From NCBI GenBank assembly GCA_040954595.2, contig CM082581.2:6006699-6070698 (forward strand): a stretch of DNA of 64,000 bases, written 5' to 3'. How positions within the stretch are numbered: the first letter of the stretch is position 1; the number at the start of each line of letters is the position of its first letter. The DNA is from Balanoglossus misakiensis. Taxonomy: Eukaryota; Animalia; Hemichordata. The position numbers and the translations under genes are program-made. The notes beneath the pieces are model-generated. The model was given only the letters and a program-made list of their open reading frames with translations, ran no database searches and was not told the origin of the DNA. Of this stretch, positions 25,570 to 39,630 are shown piece after piece.

Positions 25570-25572
25570 AAT

Positions 25573-25603
<31 letters not shown>

Positions 25604-25605
25604 TT
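25570..25605. repeat. (ATTT)n microsatellite
   Basis: Directly visible tandem repeat. Confidence 0.9.
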
Positions 25606-28498
25606 CAATAGAGAATGACTTGCAATTGGTGCGGTGGAAGTGAGGGTGAATTTCTGACGATGAGACATACAATTCAGTAGAAACCAAGTTCTTTGATCCT
25701 CGAAAAACTGAATGTGATTCACATTTGATCCGTTTGCAAAATAACAAAGCCTATTTCAAGTTCTCCTTATTAGAGCAGTCACCGCATGTTACTTCGTGAA
25801 TGTGTGTCACGTTTCGAATGAGGTCCACGTACCGCCACAAAGCTGATGAGATCCAACTTGGAAATCACGACTCGAGCAAATAACGAAAATAGGTGCCGAG
25901 TCAAGTTCTCTGCGACTAGCGACTGCAATTACCTTAATACACTAGAACTCCGTGAAGCTGCACGACGATGAAGATATGTCACAAAGGTGGAATTCGAAAG
26001 ATTACTGTCGGAAAAGTTCTTCAAAAGAGTAATCCTACTGATTGAATTTTTTTCTTCCATGAAAAACACTGAAAATTGTTCTTTTATTTCGTTCTATTAA
26101 CAGAAAATCAACTATCAAGTTCATGTCAACCATCACGCGGTGACGTTTTTAACTCGGGCGATCGCCGCGTTTCAAACCCCGAGCTGTGTTCTAGGCCGCC
26201 CATGTCACGCGTTCCCAGCCTACGCGACAATTATTTCCGATCGCAGGGTTACGGCGGCGCGCCAGCTAATCACCCGGCTTCCGATTCAATAAATTGTTTC
26301 ATTTCCGTTCTTTGATTTCCTCCTGCCCTTCTTTCTCCCTAACTACGACGCCTCGAGCGGGAACAATCCGAGCCGACTCGGGCGACTTCGCGAGATCCGC
26401 CAATGCCGACCGCTGACTTCATGCCAGGGTTTAACATCATGTATATATCGCTTTGATCAAAGGTGGTGGCGAGTAACGATGATACTTATCCGTCCCAAGC
26501 CCCGGGGACCTATTCCCAATATTCTCATACGGTGGCGTGCGACCCAAGTTCAAAATATCAACACGTGTACATTTCATAAATAGACCCGTTGTTAAGGATA
26601 TTCAGTTCATATACCGTTGAACCGTTGCATGTAAAGGGTTATCAAAAGCACTTGGGCATTTCCTATGTTATCGATCTATGTTAACGTGTTTTCTGTATGC
26701 CATGTTAAAAATGCCAGTGGTCCATCTGAGCGACACGTATACGTGTAACCCCTAACCCCATCCCGATTTCTCACTGGATATTCTACTTAGGTTTTCGATG
26801 GAAAACGACAAATTCATCAAGATAAAGCTCGTTTACTAAACTTTACACCGGGGATTCTACAAGAACATTCCTCCGTTCCTATATTGCTGGGAGAAAGTGG
26901 CGGTTTTTAAAACTAAATCCGGGAATTTTAATACTCAGTGGCGAACGATCAAAATAGTAAAATTAAACCCCAGTGAAAAATAACGCTTTTACAGCTTATT
27001 TTGTATACAGCAAACTTCTGCATCCTTGTACAGATTATATCCCCTGATGTGTCGTGCACATTTCAAAATTTGACTTATACACAAATAGACAGATATGTCA
27101 CAATGTCAGCCAGGGCCGCTGTTTTTAAGCACTGGTTATTAACACATAGTCACGATTCGAACTCACGACAGGCTTCCGCTCACGCCGGTATAGGATCGGT
27201 GCGAAGCGATATATTCAAATCATGCACATTCCCATTCCTGAAACATATTTGCAGCGAAACAAATTCTTTCTTTTCTAATAACTATATATGCTGCTTTCGA
27301 TAATAAACCGTGCGCTGTACACAGACCGCGTCGGTATAATTACAGTAACGTGTACCATATTGCCCAGGATTGTCGATCGACCGAGGGCACGACGCATAGT
27401 CCTATTTGTTTTTTCAGAAGGATTTCGTCGGCGAATTAAAACAGAGAGTTTGGAATAAAATCCAATATGTTCGTGTTGTCTGGATTCCAGACATGCGCAG
27501 TTTCCTCAACCGACTGCGGACCAAGCAAGCGCCTGCGCATCGTTCAAGACTTGGCACTCATCCCGCGAGTAACCAGGGATATATTTTGGGGGTTGTTTAC
27601 AAGTTTCACTTTTATCAATTATATTCGTAGAAAACGAGGGTCTATAGTTTATCCATATCAGGGTCATAACCGCTTGGCTGTTAACGGCAGAATGTCTATC
27701 GCGTCACCGATGCGTGGTGCTGAGTTAGCAATCGCTTTTCGTCGGCACGAACCCATACATGTATTTGATTTAATGAGTACCACACATTAACTCATCTACG
27801 AATTTCACGCAGGCAACTCAATTGCAATCAAGAATTTACCCTTTTCTTGCACGTAACCTTAAAATTTGAATATCACACGACACCAAAAATACCAGGCGCA
27901 GAGGTCAGTCAACAAAATCGACATATGAACAATATTTTGACTTCTCCTTATATAAGTTTGCAGCTTTATTGTAGATCGATCAGGTGTGTGAGTATGTGGG
28001 TTAAGAACGAAATTTTCACATATATTTATGCGCATGTATGGAATATCAATTGTGTGTTTAGTAGCAACATTGCCGTATGGCATGCAGTGTTTCTGTGTTA
28101 ACTTATTCTGTAATCCGTGTAAGCCTCTATGTTCAAATTAAGTACCAGTGCAGAAATGCACAGTCTCGTCCCCGGCATGCACTACTATACCAGGAGATAA
28201 ATTCAATTAGAACGAAAAAAACAGCGGCCTCATTTGCCAGTGGCAATACCGAGACAGAAATATAACTACGTCTTAATTTGATCAACCTACTGTCTTCGTC
28301 GCCGAGGTAGCGAAAGTTCTCGGATAGAAACGCAAATGCGCCTGTCCATTTTGAGTTCACCTCGCGGTGACCACACTGCGGCGTCCGCGATTGGCTAAAT
28401 GCACCGGCACGTCAATTACTGGGGGGAACCCCCCGGTGCCATAAACGTGTTCAGAAACACTTCTGAAGTGGAAAGCAATTATCCATGTTTAATTTTAT

Positions 28499-28603
28499 TA
28501 CGGTGTTCGCCGCGTGAAGATGCGTTTTCTCGGCGGCGGAGTTTCAGCGGAAGGAGCCGCCAGCCACAACCGATTGCCGGCGTGTCTCAGTGTGAACACC
28601 GTA
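28499..28603 (+). other. Imperfect long hairpin, candidate structured RNA
   Basis: tacggtgttcgc pairs with gtgaacaccgta; tgaagatgcg with cgtgtctca; cggcggcgg with ccgattgccg. Non-Watson-Crick pairs read as G-U on the plus strand. Confidence 0.35.
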
Positions 28604-30226
28604 TCGCACCTCAAACTGTACCTTGCGGAAATCTCTTGAATACTAATACACTGCGGCGTTCAACACTGAACAGAAAGACCAGATAGAGCTGTCAAATGAT
28701 GTGACGATATTGATTTTTAAGTGTAATTACTTTTCTTAGCACTTTCAACCTCAGGGCTGAACGTACATTCCTCAGTGGACCGCTTCTCCAATCTTTTTTA
28801 CGGCGTTGATTGTTTCCAACGAGAGAGGTGACGGAAGAGAAAGAGTTGTTTCAATTATTATGTCGCGGAGTTGCAAATATATATGGAAATTTTCACCTTT
28901 GCGTTTTCCAATATTATATTTGTTGGAGCTGGGAACAGATGGTTTGTGTAAAGGTTGGAGTTCTAGTTTAATCACCCACTAATTCTCCATTCCCGTCACG
29001 CATGCGAAAACGTGTAAATAAAAGTGGACCGACAGAAAACAAGCGTAGTCTATCAAGCTGTACAGTTCTTTACAATTATACTGCATGTGTATCTATAATT
29101 GTTTTTATTCGGTTTAATTGATCGGGATGTTAAAACTGTCAAAGACCGCTGAAAATCGAAACTGTTCTCCAGCGGTAAGTGTTACCTGGCTGTCGTCGTT
29201 TGCAGACTTTTATTAAAGCACAAGGCGTACTGTACGATCATCCCTTTTTAATCTTTCACGTGTTACACTTATATCGACATCGTGTCCCTGTCAGCGTCCC
29301 TGCAAACCTGCTTGACCGAATTTTTTATCAGCCCCCCCCCTTCGAACATGTTCTAGTTATCTGACCCATGCGCTATTTCCACCGATTTCGCAAAAACAGC
29401 GAGGCGTTCTGCGCTTATTTCGCATTCTGTGAGGTCCACACGACTTCTTATTTTAGCTGCAGCTAAGTGCCTTCAAGTCTATTTGTAATCAGTTTCGGCA
29501 CGTAACTTACTTAAGCGACGGTCAGCTGGCAGGCGCAATTTCATCATTTCGTGGGCTTCGGTTCTAGCCTGCATCCATCATACCCCGTGTCTCACACACT
29601 ATCGCGATGTACCACCGGGAATTGTTGATGCTATCATCTCAAGGCGCCCTCCACGAATAACAATTTGCCTCGCTCGTAAAAGAACACGCACGCTGTAGAT
29701 TGCACTAATGTAAACGCGGATCGGGATATCGATTTTAAGCGTTTCTGGGTATCTGTGAGAATGTCATTTTAAGTCCTGAGACGGTTAACACAGATACTAG
29801 GGGGGTTTTGAAGATAAAGAGGTCAACGCGATGTCAAAACAACTAACGAGTGCCAAGATCTGAAAGATCAGCCTTCTTTTGAGAGCTGCCTAAAGGATAT
29901 GATGACTGGAGATTGTATCGTCAAGATTGGCAGTCGCGCTAAACACTTACATCCCATAATTTAAAGGTGTTGGTGTTACCATCTTAAAACAAAGTTCAGA
30001 CAGTATCAGTTGCGGACAGGACACACAAAGTGACAGTTGATTTCAGTTTGAAAGCGACAGCGGATACAAAATGCCAATGTTGTACCCGAAAAGTTTGATT
30101 GATTTGTGGGAATATAAAGTTATTGATGTTATTGTTGTTGTTGTTGTTATTTACTTGCTATTGTTCACTCGTTCTGTGACGACGGTGCACATAAAACATA
30201 ATGATCCTGCCCACCACGTATAGCCT

Positions 30227-30332
30227 CAGTTCAGTATCTCGAGGTTTTGCCTTGGTTTGTATGTTAAACGGTAAAACCAGCCGTCTAACACACAAACCAA
30301 AACACAGCAAAATCTCGAGCCATACTGAACTG
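30227..30332. repeat. ~106-nt imperfect inverted repeat (pre-miRNA-like or palindromic MITE)
   Basis: cagttcagtat-ctcgag-gttttgc-cttggtttgtatgttaaacgg / 9-nt loop / ccgtctaacacacaaaccaa-..-gcaaaat-ctcgag-cc-atactgaactg. Confidence 0.75.
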
Positions 30333-33300
30333 CAGATACATGTAGCCCAACACGAAGAAAGGCACAGCACCATACTAACCGAACTGGGAGAAGTTTTAAC
30401 GTCTCTCAAGATTGCAATGACAAAGTAAAAGAGAAAGAACCACAGTGCGTCAGGCAAAAGAATAAAATGAAATTTCGAGATTATTACCTATTAGTAGTTT
30501 TGGTTGGTGAAGGGAAGTATAACTGGGCATGCGCACTCCGCTGTGCCACACAGTACTATACATATCGTTTCTTGGCTTTGTATTTTATGTCCGAGGTTTC
30601 CCTTGCCTGAAAAGTAACAAACGACGCACGTCGTGACTCTGTTCGCCTTCTGATGAACGACTGCGAAAGCAAATTGATTTGGGTAAGTGTTTTGTAGTCC
30701 CACATAAAAAGGCGATCAAGCGTTTGGTGTGTTCGCTGCCTTAATGGACAGTGTGAGCAGCACTCTCTCTCGTCACGAAGGGCGGATAATGCTAACGTGT
30801 CGAACACTTCCGGCTTTTAAAAATGGAATGCTTACCCGTGGAAGTTCAGCTCGCGCTTTCCTGATCCGAATACGTCTAGTGTTGTTTTTCCCTTAGGAAA
30901 CGTCACAGCTCGCCAGGTTTCCAAACTGGTAATTTTTTATTTCACACACACACACGAGACTGACATCGCTCTTGGAATTCGTGATTCATCCTTCAATATT
31001 CCCTTGTTTTTGCTATGCACTTTTTGGCTGTAAAGGGCATGAATTCACTGCGCTTGCAAGAGAAGGAACGGACACATACTTGAAAAGGGGTGGGAAATGC
31101 CAATGCTTACTAAACCGATATCTCAAAAGGAGAGAAAAAAAAGAACCGAGTTTGACATGACGTCATGAATGTTATATTTTGTATAAAAGGAGAAGAAGAC
31201 TCGACTATACTGGGGTCTGTATGTTGCTTTTCATACATGTGTGATGAGCGACCTCTTTCTTACTGTCGCCCAAGATAGGTTATTGTGCGAATTAGTTGGT
31301 GAGATTAGTCTCGTCGACGACCTGTTTACGACATAAACAAGAGCGCGTCTGAGCCACCAGACAGAGAGAGCCGAAACGCGCATTTTAGTGTTAATTTAAT
31401 AAATATGGCAACATTCCAAAGTTACGACTTACAACAAAATAAAAACCAATCAGTGTTTCTGATTAGGTCTGAATGAATTCACCCGTAAAACAGTAAATGG
31501 GGACATAAAAATCTTATATTTCACTCCTTGTAAACACTTGTTCGTATTCTAAGCGAGTAAATCTTCCCTAATGCGTTCGCAACGCCAATCTCCAAATAAA
31601 TCAAAATTAAATAGCGTGTATGGCCAGTCTCGGAGGTGGTCTATATTGAATTATATCTACGGTTCACAATATGAATGGCATTCAATATGATTTGAAGCGT
31701 TTCGACGCAGTCCGGGTCTTGTAGTTACTGTTGGGGGGTCATCTCAATCTGCGAGTACATGTACAACTGTAAAGCATGTTTTGCCGACAGAAGCTGAACT
31801 TAATTCAGTTTTGCAGCAAGTCACTTTTCTTTCGTGATTTATTGCAGGACGGAAGAATGTTTTGAATCTCTTGACTGTAGTTTGAAGTTGAAATATGAAT
31901 GTGTGCTTGATCTCGGTGAAAGTTCCCGAATGTAATATGCCTTTAAAATCTATTACCGCGAAGACATTTCTTTTTTGTTATCGTATAATAGACATGATGT
32001 CATAATCATGTGACTTGCACTCCCTGAGATTGTTTCGACACCGAGCGAAAACACTTACGTGAATGTCTGGTGAAAAGTTGAAAAGCGGGCTTTGTATAGT
32101 CCTTGCACATTTCAAGGCAAAGGTAGACGATGTCTCGTTCCTTAGCAACGGAAACGTGCGGGGGTGAAATGAGTAGACACACGACTTGATTGAACACCTT
32201 TCAAATCACGAATGCGATGTTCATTTCCATTGTCCACTGAACCAAACGTGTGGTATTTGGGGTTTCAGATTGAGCCCTTCTTGATCTTGAAATCGTTTCG
32301 TGTTCATTCGATAACCCAGACATGTATTAAAGGCATCCGATTTTACGACAGTGTCTCGGAAGTTATGCATAGTAGACGGATAATACGTATCAGAGAAAGG
32401 ATGCTCCACCATTTGCAGCGAGAATTACCGGAAGATCTGCCCTTTTACATGCTATACACTGCATTTGCTTTTAACGGCGTGGTTACATTATTGTGGGTGC
32501 GCTATCTACCCATGCAAAAACGTTTCCGCCAGTTCAGATCATTTCGCCGCGACCTTTGGCAGAGAAACGCAATTCTGCAATTCTTGTTGCAACCATCCTC
32601 ACAACGGACTCTGACTCAATCGCTGCACCATTTTTCAGACGAATCGGCTACTCATTATCGATTCAACAAAATACTCATAAAACCCGGATTCTCCACTCCA
32701 CTCCAAATCCCATAATCCCGTTTGTTAGAAAAAAAAGATTCTTAAGATGTCCTGTCGTATACATTTATCACATAGTTGTCTCGGGGATGAAAATCTCGTT
32801 GGATTTCGTCGAGGATGACCACGTAAATATTTTAGTAGCCATGGCAACATCGATGGCGGATTGATATCTATTTCTGGGAAATTCGTTGTTTTTTGAAGGA
32901 AACTAAATCCGTCGGCTCGTTAGCAATCAATCGAGCGATTTTATTCCTCTCAGTTGCGGATTAGACAAAGCCAAACTTTCAATGGTAATTTGGATTTCAG
33001 TGGGAATTTCCGGTATTAGAGGAATATTTTACCATACCATGTCCTTATGAAAAGTTTTCCCTTATCCGAGACGTCTCCAGTGCGGCGTCTAGTCAGTACC
33101 CTGACTGAAACCAGATTAATCTTCAATTAACGGTAGTTTCCGGTATTAATACCAAAACACAGCTAACATACCCCCGAGTAACTGGTTTAAACGTCTTTCC
33201 CTGTAATACCCACGATCACAATTCGCGTCATCCGTTGGCGGACAGGAGTTCTGAATCTTGAGAGAACATTTTTCTCTCGCACTTATAAATTATGAATACC

Positions 33301-36300
33301 CACAATGTAAGCAGGATCACCCCAATTGTACTAACTAAGAGGCTCTACCGCCGATGATGAACTGGACTTGACTTTGGTTCACCTCAGTGGTACACCGTGC
33401 GCCCTGCGTTGGAATTGGAGTTTAACTTGGGGACGGTACAGTTCGCTTAATTAATGACGGTGTTCCCAAGTGTTGCGAAGTAACCGTGTGTATACAGATA
33501 GAGTGAACTAAAAATGTTTTACACCAACTCGACCGTGTGTTTCTCGTCCCCCCCGGGGGGGGGGGAGGAAACGCAACCTCTCGTTCCACCTGTTGAAACA
33601 CATCGGAATGATCGCACGCATTTCCGCGATAAAAGCTGCAGATTGGGAATCAGTCGCAATACATGCAATACCGAAGGTGTTCAGGTTCATGGCCAATCAG
33701 CGTGTTTTGACGCACAGCGAATTCCAGCTCTGGCCCCCCGATTATATCAAAAACAAAACCTCCATAAAAGTGATATCTAACTGTCATATTTTACGACATG
33801 GCGTTGCTAGGTTGTTTGTGTCTTTATGATGCTTTGTAGGTCGATGATTAATACCGGTGAATCGCCGATTGATAAAGCCACTAGCGCTCTCGCTCTTCGT
33901 TTCCTAGCAACGGACTCCGAGCGCACGCGTGTATATGACCTGAACGTTGTATCTCTTGTGTAAATAACTGAACTTGGATTTATTGTCGAAACATATGGTA
34001 AACTATGTGGAATAGCACGCAAGGTCAAGAGTAATAAAAAATCTGACATAAAACGGGGCATTAATTCGCCTTTATGGGCAGCTTGGTTTACATAGAAGAT
34101 AATGCACAAGTCCGCCATGAAGAATGAGACCCTCGTTGAGATCTATCGATAACCATGGGTTGAGTTTAGGAGGATCCGCGTTGTCGTATATATTAAGCTT
34201 GGAATTCAACTGCTAAGTACGATACGGACAAGCTGGAGTGAGATTGCTAATTCTAACGGTTGTCGTTTGAAATCACAGCGCCACCACCATTCAAATGAGT
34301 CACACTACACTATATCTGCTGGCCTAGTAATAAGGAACATGCATCATTTCGACTTAATTACCCAATGTTTCTCAGAAGTGCGGCGTTGATTATGAAATTG
34401 GTACGGCGCGGAGGTGTGCCAAGAACCGATTTGGAACCTGTAATGAGGAACCCACTTTCCCCTATTAAACCGTTCAGCAGATTTCCGTCTACATGTAACG
34501 GGTAGATCAGTTGATATTTATTCTCTCGGACACAATCATCGTTACCTCTCTCCCCCACACTGGTTAGCTTGCACTCGTAACTACCGTCGAAGCGCAGTGA
34601 CATTTACACCACCGCAGAACTGGAACCGATTCCTCTTTATGCAACCCCCTTGACAAAACGGGGCACTTTATGACACGTTAAACGCTGACATTTGCCAGCT
34701 TAAAACCATAACTCGTAAGAGTGTGACTACCATTAAGGATCATTAAAGAAATTAGTGGAGCGCGTCCGTCGCTGCGGTGAATTACGCGTAATTTACTGGC
34801 AGTGGTAGGAGGGAAATATGACGTAAGATCGCACGGTCGACGTGTGTGTGTGCAAGTGTTCTAAGTGTTCTGAATAGACGGCACAGATGAGTTTAGTAGC
34901 CTAAGGGAAGAGTGAGGCGAATCATTCTGTTCAGTACTTTTCCATTTTAAATATTTTATATTTTCCATACTTTATACGAATATCGTATTAAATTAAATAT
35001 TAACTATAGTCACCTTCAAACGCCTTAAATATTTATTTTGCACCCAGTAGCAAACTGATATGTAGTGCTTTGTATGCGTTGACAAGCCAAATGCATTACA
35101 CTGGGCATTTCAATCGGTCACGGGAAGTACCAATTCACCAAGCAATTGAAGGTGATACGCACAAAGGACAAATTAAGAAGAAGTTCTAGTATCACAATCA
35201 CGGCTACTGTGACAGCCCCGTTCATTATTTCAAGACTGTCGTAATATTGGACTTTGATATTGTCAGAAGCCGTGACTTGTATCTCGGTGTGCGTGTCTTG
35301 ACATTTTGGCCTTTGAAATCATAGACATCGTTCAAAACCACCTTCACTTCCTAACAAGACTTGAATTAATCATTCCGATCAAGGGTCGTCCCGGAACTGT
35401 GCAAGAACAAGCGATCGAGCTTTTATAATCCAACAGGAAATCAACCCATCTCTAGTACCTGAACACGATGACAAAATCTTTCGATTATTTAACACGGCAC
35501 TGATGAGCGGCAGTGTGAGAGAGGCAACGTGACTCGATTACGAGATTCAAACATTATCGCCACCTTGCAGCAAGATATTCGGAGTGCTCGATAAACCCAT
35601 TTACAATGTAGGTATCTCCGTCAATTAAAATAATACGATATGTCCGCTGGACATGATCGTAAAATTGCAACAAGTTATAGCCGTCGAATGTGTCTCTTTG
35701 TGGTCGACAATTGCTCTTTTTCTTCGCCGGCAGGCAAATATAGAATTTCACACAGCACATCAATAAAGCGAGTAACATTTATTAATAATTAAAGGTGGGT
35801 ATATATTCAAATAACACATTTAATTGTAACGATGTTCTATGCAGTAGCTATAAGAAGGGTTATGGCTTCTGGGTGCCATTGGAACTGTTCTAAATATGAA
35901 TCCGATACCTGCTCCAATTAGATATAGCATACCAATTTCAGCGAAGAGTGTAGATGGAACACAAAACAACACAAATCTGCAAAAATTTTAGGCTTCGTCC
36001 ACGATAGCAAGGCTGTAAGGCTTTCAGTTCTCAGATTTCCTGTACAAATGTATATTATTGGCTGCCCATGAACTCGCCTGGTCCATCACGGAAGGACTGA
36101 CCGACAGTTGAACCCAACTGTGATGTTTTGTAAGCGAGAATTAGAGAATGTCAAGAGAGCTATACATGCATATCCGCCCCACTAACCGAATGCCGACACG
36201 GTGACCGAATTTAGGTTATCCGCGGTTTAGTTTCGACCAACCAGGAGCTGAAAAACAGTACAACCACGGCAAGAAAACGGTCTTGTAATTAATGTCAAGT

Positions 36301-37374
36301 TTTCCGGAAACGTCAAGGAGGCAATGTACGCTAACGAGATTGCACACACAAGAAACATGTAATCGGTGGATTAACCGTTCACAAATACTTCTTACAATAT
36401 AACGATGAATCACCGGCAACTTAAATCGTCGAAAATAGAACGAGGTGATTTGGAGCGAAATTTGAGCACGGGCAACATTAAATAAAACCGCACAGCATTC
36501 AATACAAATTCAGCGGCACGACGCAATCTATACACCAGCAAATATATTCACATTTAAAAGCCTACGGCAGACAACACTGTCCGCTGAAGATGTAAAGAGT
36601 ATTTCTAAGGATTTGATTTGAGGACGGTGAATTGGGCCAGAAAAAATGTAATCCCCTGTACTAGAAATAACCCGCCACGAAGATGGCACACTATACAAGT
36701 CCTTGCATGAATGTAGGGCAATATCACCTGACCATTCGTATGATCACCGTAACAACATACGACGTTCGCGTGACTGGCAAAATTAATATACGTGAGCTAC
36801 AATATGCCTCTTTATTTTCAGTCATTAACCTAAGAATCTGTGTACCGTTTTTTTTTTTCGTCATCAATTTTATTTTGCCGCGACCGCGACGACAGCAGTA
36901 TCAGTGTACAGTATACAACAGTAACTGGTACACGTGTAAGAGTTACCGTTTGTTCAAAATGTCCGCTCACCGTACTTAAAGGACGACATATGTCACTGCA
37001 CTGTCGCACACCAAGCTTGTACCGAAACTGCATTAATGATAAGGGAGCCTTCTGCTGAAGCTTTGAATTAGTCTCGCGGACTTTGTCAGTCGCAAAAAAG
37101 GTCGTCAGCACCAACAGGACGCCAATCATTCTGTCAACGCGTCTATCTCTTTCGCAATACCTCCTTTCAAAATTGCCACGCTTTCGTCAGACCTTTGCTC
37201 ATTTGCTTAAAACTGAAGTGAACGCATGTTTCACGTCAGCGTAAGAACAAGGTATGGCATCAAAACACGTCCAGCAATATTTGTCCTCAAGGTAGTTACA
37301 ACTGGGCCATCTTGAACCACTGCAATAATGGGTGGTACCAGGCGTAAAGAATTGGTAATAATGATAATAGTGAG

Positions 37375-37455
37375 TTCTTATATATAGCATATATAGCGCA
37401 CGTATCCACAATATTTTGTGCTGAAGGCGCTTTGCAACAACTATTATACCCTCGT
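37375..37455 (-). mobile_element. Possible SINE/LINE 3'-tail remnant
   Basis: tatatagcgcacgtatccac...gaaggcgctttgcaa resembles the reverse complement of the tgtaaagcgc..gcgctatata tail typical of L2-related SINEs; a similar tail is at about 40215-40295 (+). Recognition by eye only. Confidence 0.3.
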
Positions 37456-37639
37456 AACCTCCTTGCTTACTTTCACAAAAATGGCAGTCATGTACATGTA
37501 GTTCTGAATACGTTGTCATCGTTCTTTCCGAATACAAAAAGGACATTGATGTGGAAATGATTACTTAAAAAGAAGACACTGCGTATCACCTGCACTATTG
37601 CCTTCGACGCCATCTTTTTCATCGAAGACGACATACAAA

Positions 37640-37640
<1 letters not shown>

Positions 37641-37722
<82 letters not shown>
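37641..37722. repeat. (ATC)n microsatellite
   Basis: Perfect trinucleotide run; explains the poly-Ile and poly-Met ORFs. Confidence 0.97.
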
Positions 37723-38488
37723 TACCACCACCACCACCACCATCACAACCTCAACCACAATCATCATATGTTTCACATCATGCGGAATTGCGAGGTCTCT
37801 TGTAACTCGCAAAGAGAAATTCTCACTTTTATTCCTTCACCCTGTGGTGACTGCATTTTCATTCGCCTGACTGACCTAATGTCCGCAGTGCTATAATGTC
37901 TTTCAAGTTGTAAAATCTAGTACAACGTTTCCGCTTCCCACTTTCTGTGCGTTTGTTCGGATATAACACTTCCATTGAAAGTTCGCACGAACCCATCATT
38001 CATGAGCGCGACAGATAATGGACGACGTGAGTGTTAAATCTGGCGAGATATTTCGTTTCTGTGTCTATGAATTAGTTGCTGTGCAGCATATAATACATGA
38101 AAGTGTCAATTTGAAAACGAACCGGCGTGATTATTTTTTTAACTTTAAGACTTATTCACGTTCGCATCAATCTGATGAAAATCAGACGTACATGTAGGGT
38201 TGACTCGATCTTCATCTGTGCTAGATCGAGCCAACCCTGCATATGATTTTAAACAGATTGCGTTCGCGTACACTTATTTAGTAAGCGATTATCACATAAA
38301 GGTTTACTGCTAGTAATGGAGGTACGCCTCTCTATTCAGTAATCAGATTTTGACATGTTCTTTCGGAACACTGTGGCAGGAGTTGTAACTATGTAGACAG
38401 CAAATACAAAATGTAGGTCGTGACACAGTTGTTCCAGTCAGTCAGTCTGCCTGTCAAGTGTTTCATCAGTCACTCATCCAGCCGTTTG

Positions 38489-38493
<5 letters not shown>

Positions 38494-38583
<90 letters not shown>
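38494..38583. repeat. (GA)n microsatellite
   Basis: Perfect dinucleotide run. Confidence 0.97.
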
Positions 38584-38586
<3 letters not shown>

Positions 38587-39570
38587 GACCATTAAAGTCA
38601 TACAGCTTTGACTAACCCCAGTGAGTATAGTTAAATGCAGAGTTTCAATAAATTGGTTTCTTAAAAGTTCATCCTATTTGTTTGATACAGTATATCACAA
38701 TAATTTCTGTAGTTTATCAAGCTTATCGTGTTTATATACTTCTCATTCTAAATCTAAATTGTGTACGTTTTATTGGTGTCGTTTCTGTCACTGTGTTCTT
38801 TTAGATGCCTAAAAGAGATGAAGTTTGACGTCGGAGTTCTTTGAACAGGTTTGGCTGTAATAAACTAAAACGTCAGAACGCAGAATTGCAATAACACTGA
38901 GCAAGGGGATATCAGTGCAAAACCTATACACTGTTGCAAAGAATGCACTAGCGGCTTACTTTCCCGATAAACTCCATAAAATATGGCTAACCGAAAAGCG
39001 AATCCCGTAAAAAGATTTCATATGTAAGTCTAATTCCTTACCCTACCCGAAGTGACATTTGTCCCCCCGACGCCGAAACAAAGCAATTCATCTTGATATG
39101 TGACGAGTACACTCATAATCGAAATCGATTTCTGCAGTTTTACAGACTTTGAATCAAACGCCAAAATTTGCAGATTTATCGCCGTTCCTTTAACTTGTTA
39201 GCCAGAAATTGAAACAAATGGCGCTTGCCTTGCTGGGGTAATTTTTTGACGAGACGCATGTTGACGTTTTCGTATTGTAACGCTGGAATCCAGTTATTCG
39301 TGTCAAAGTAATAGACCGCGGGAATGCTACGCGGTAATGAAATTGACGAAGTGCTGTAACCGCACGACACTTACATTTGCAAAATTAGTATTTCGAGAAA
39401 AGTAAAGTGTACGAGGGGATACGAAGTTGATCCGGGTCTGTAGTTACCCTACCTATACAATAAACAAGACATTGAAGGAAAATAGAAAGGGAGCATCGAC
39501 CGGGGAGTAGCCTCAACACAAAAAACTCAACTTCAGACCCCAGACAAACCAAACACAACCAAACTAAACC

Positions 39571-39630
39571 AAGGCAAGGCAAGGCAAGGCAAGGCAAGGC
39601 AAGGCAAGACAAGACAAGACAAGACAAGAC
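39571..39630. repeat. Compound (AAGGC)n(AAGAC)n pentanucleotide microsatellite
   Basis: Directly visible. Confidence 0.93.

Noticed and set aside
25843-30680. CTGATGA motifs (about 25843 and 30650) as hammerhead ribozymes
   Set aside because: No properly closed stem II plus GAAA core, and no flanking stems.
32212-32864. 167-aa and 123-aa ORFs as a gene or transposase
   Set aside because: No recognisable motifs or splice logic; opposite-strand frames are interrupted by stops.
37561-38611. Poly-Met, poly-Ile and (RE)n ORFs
   Set aside because: Translation artefacts of (ATC)n and (GA)n microsatellites.
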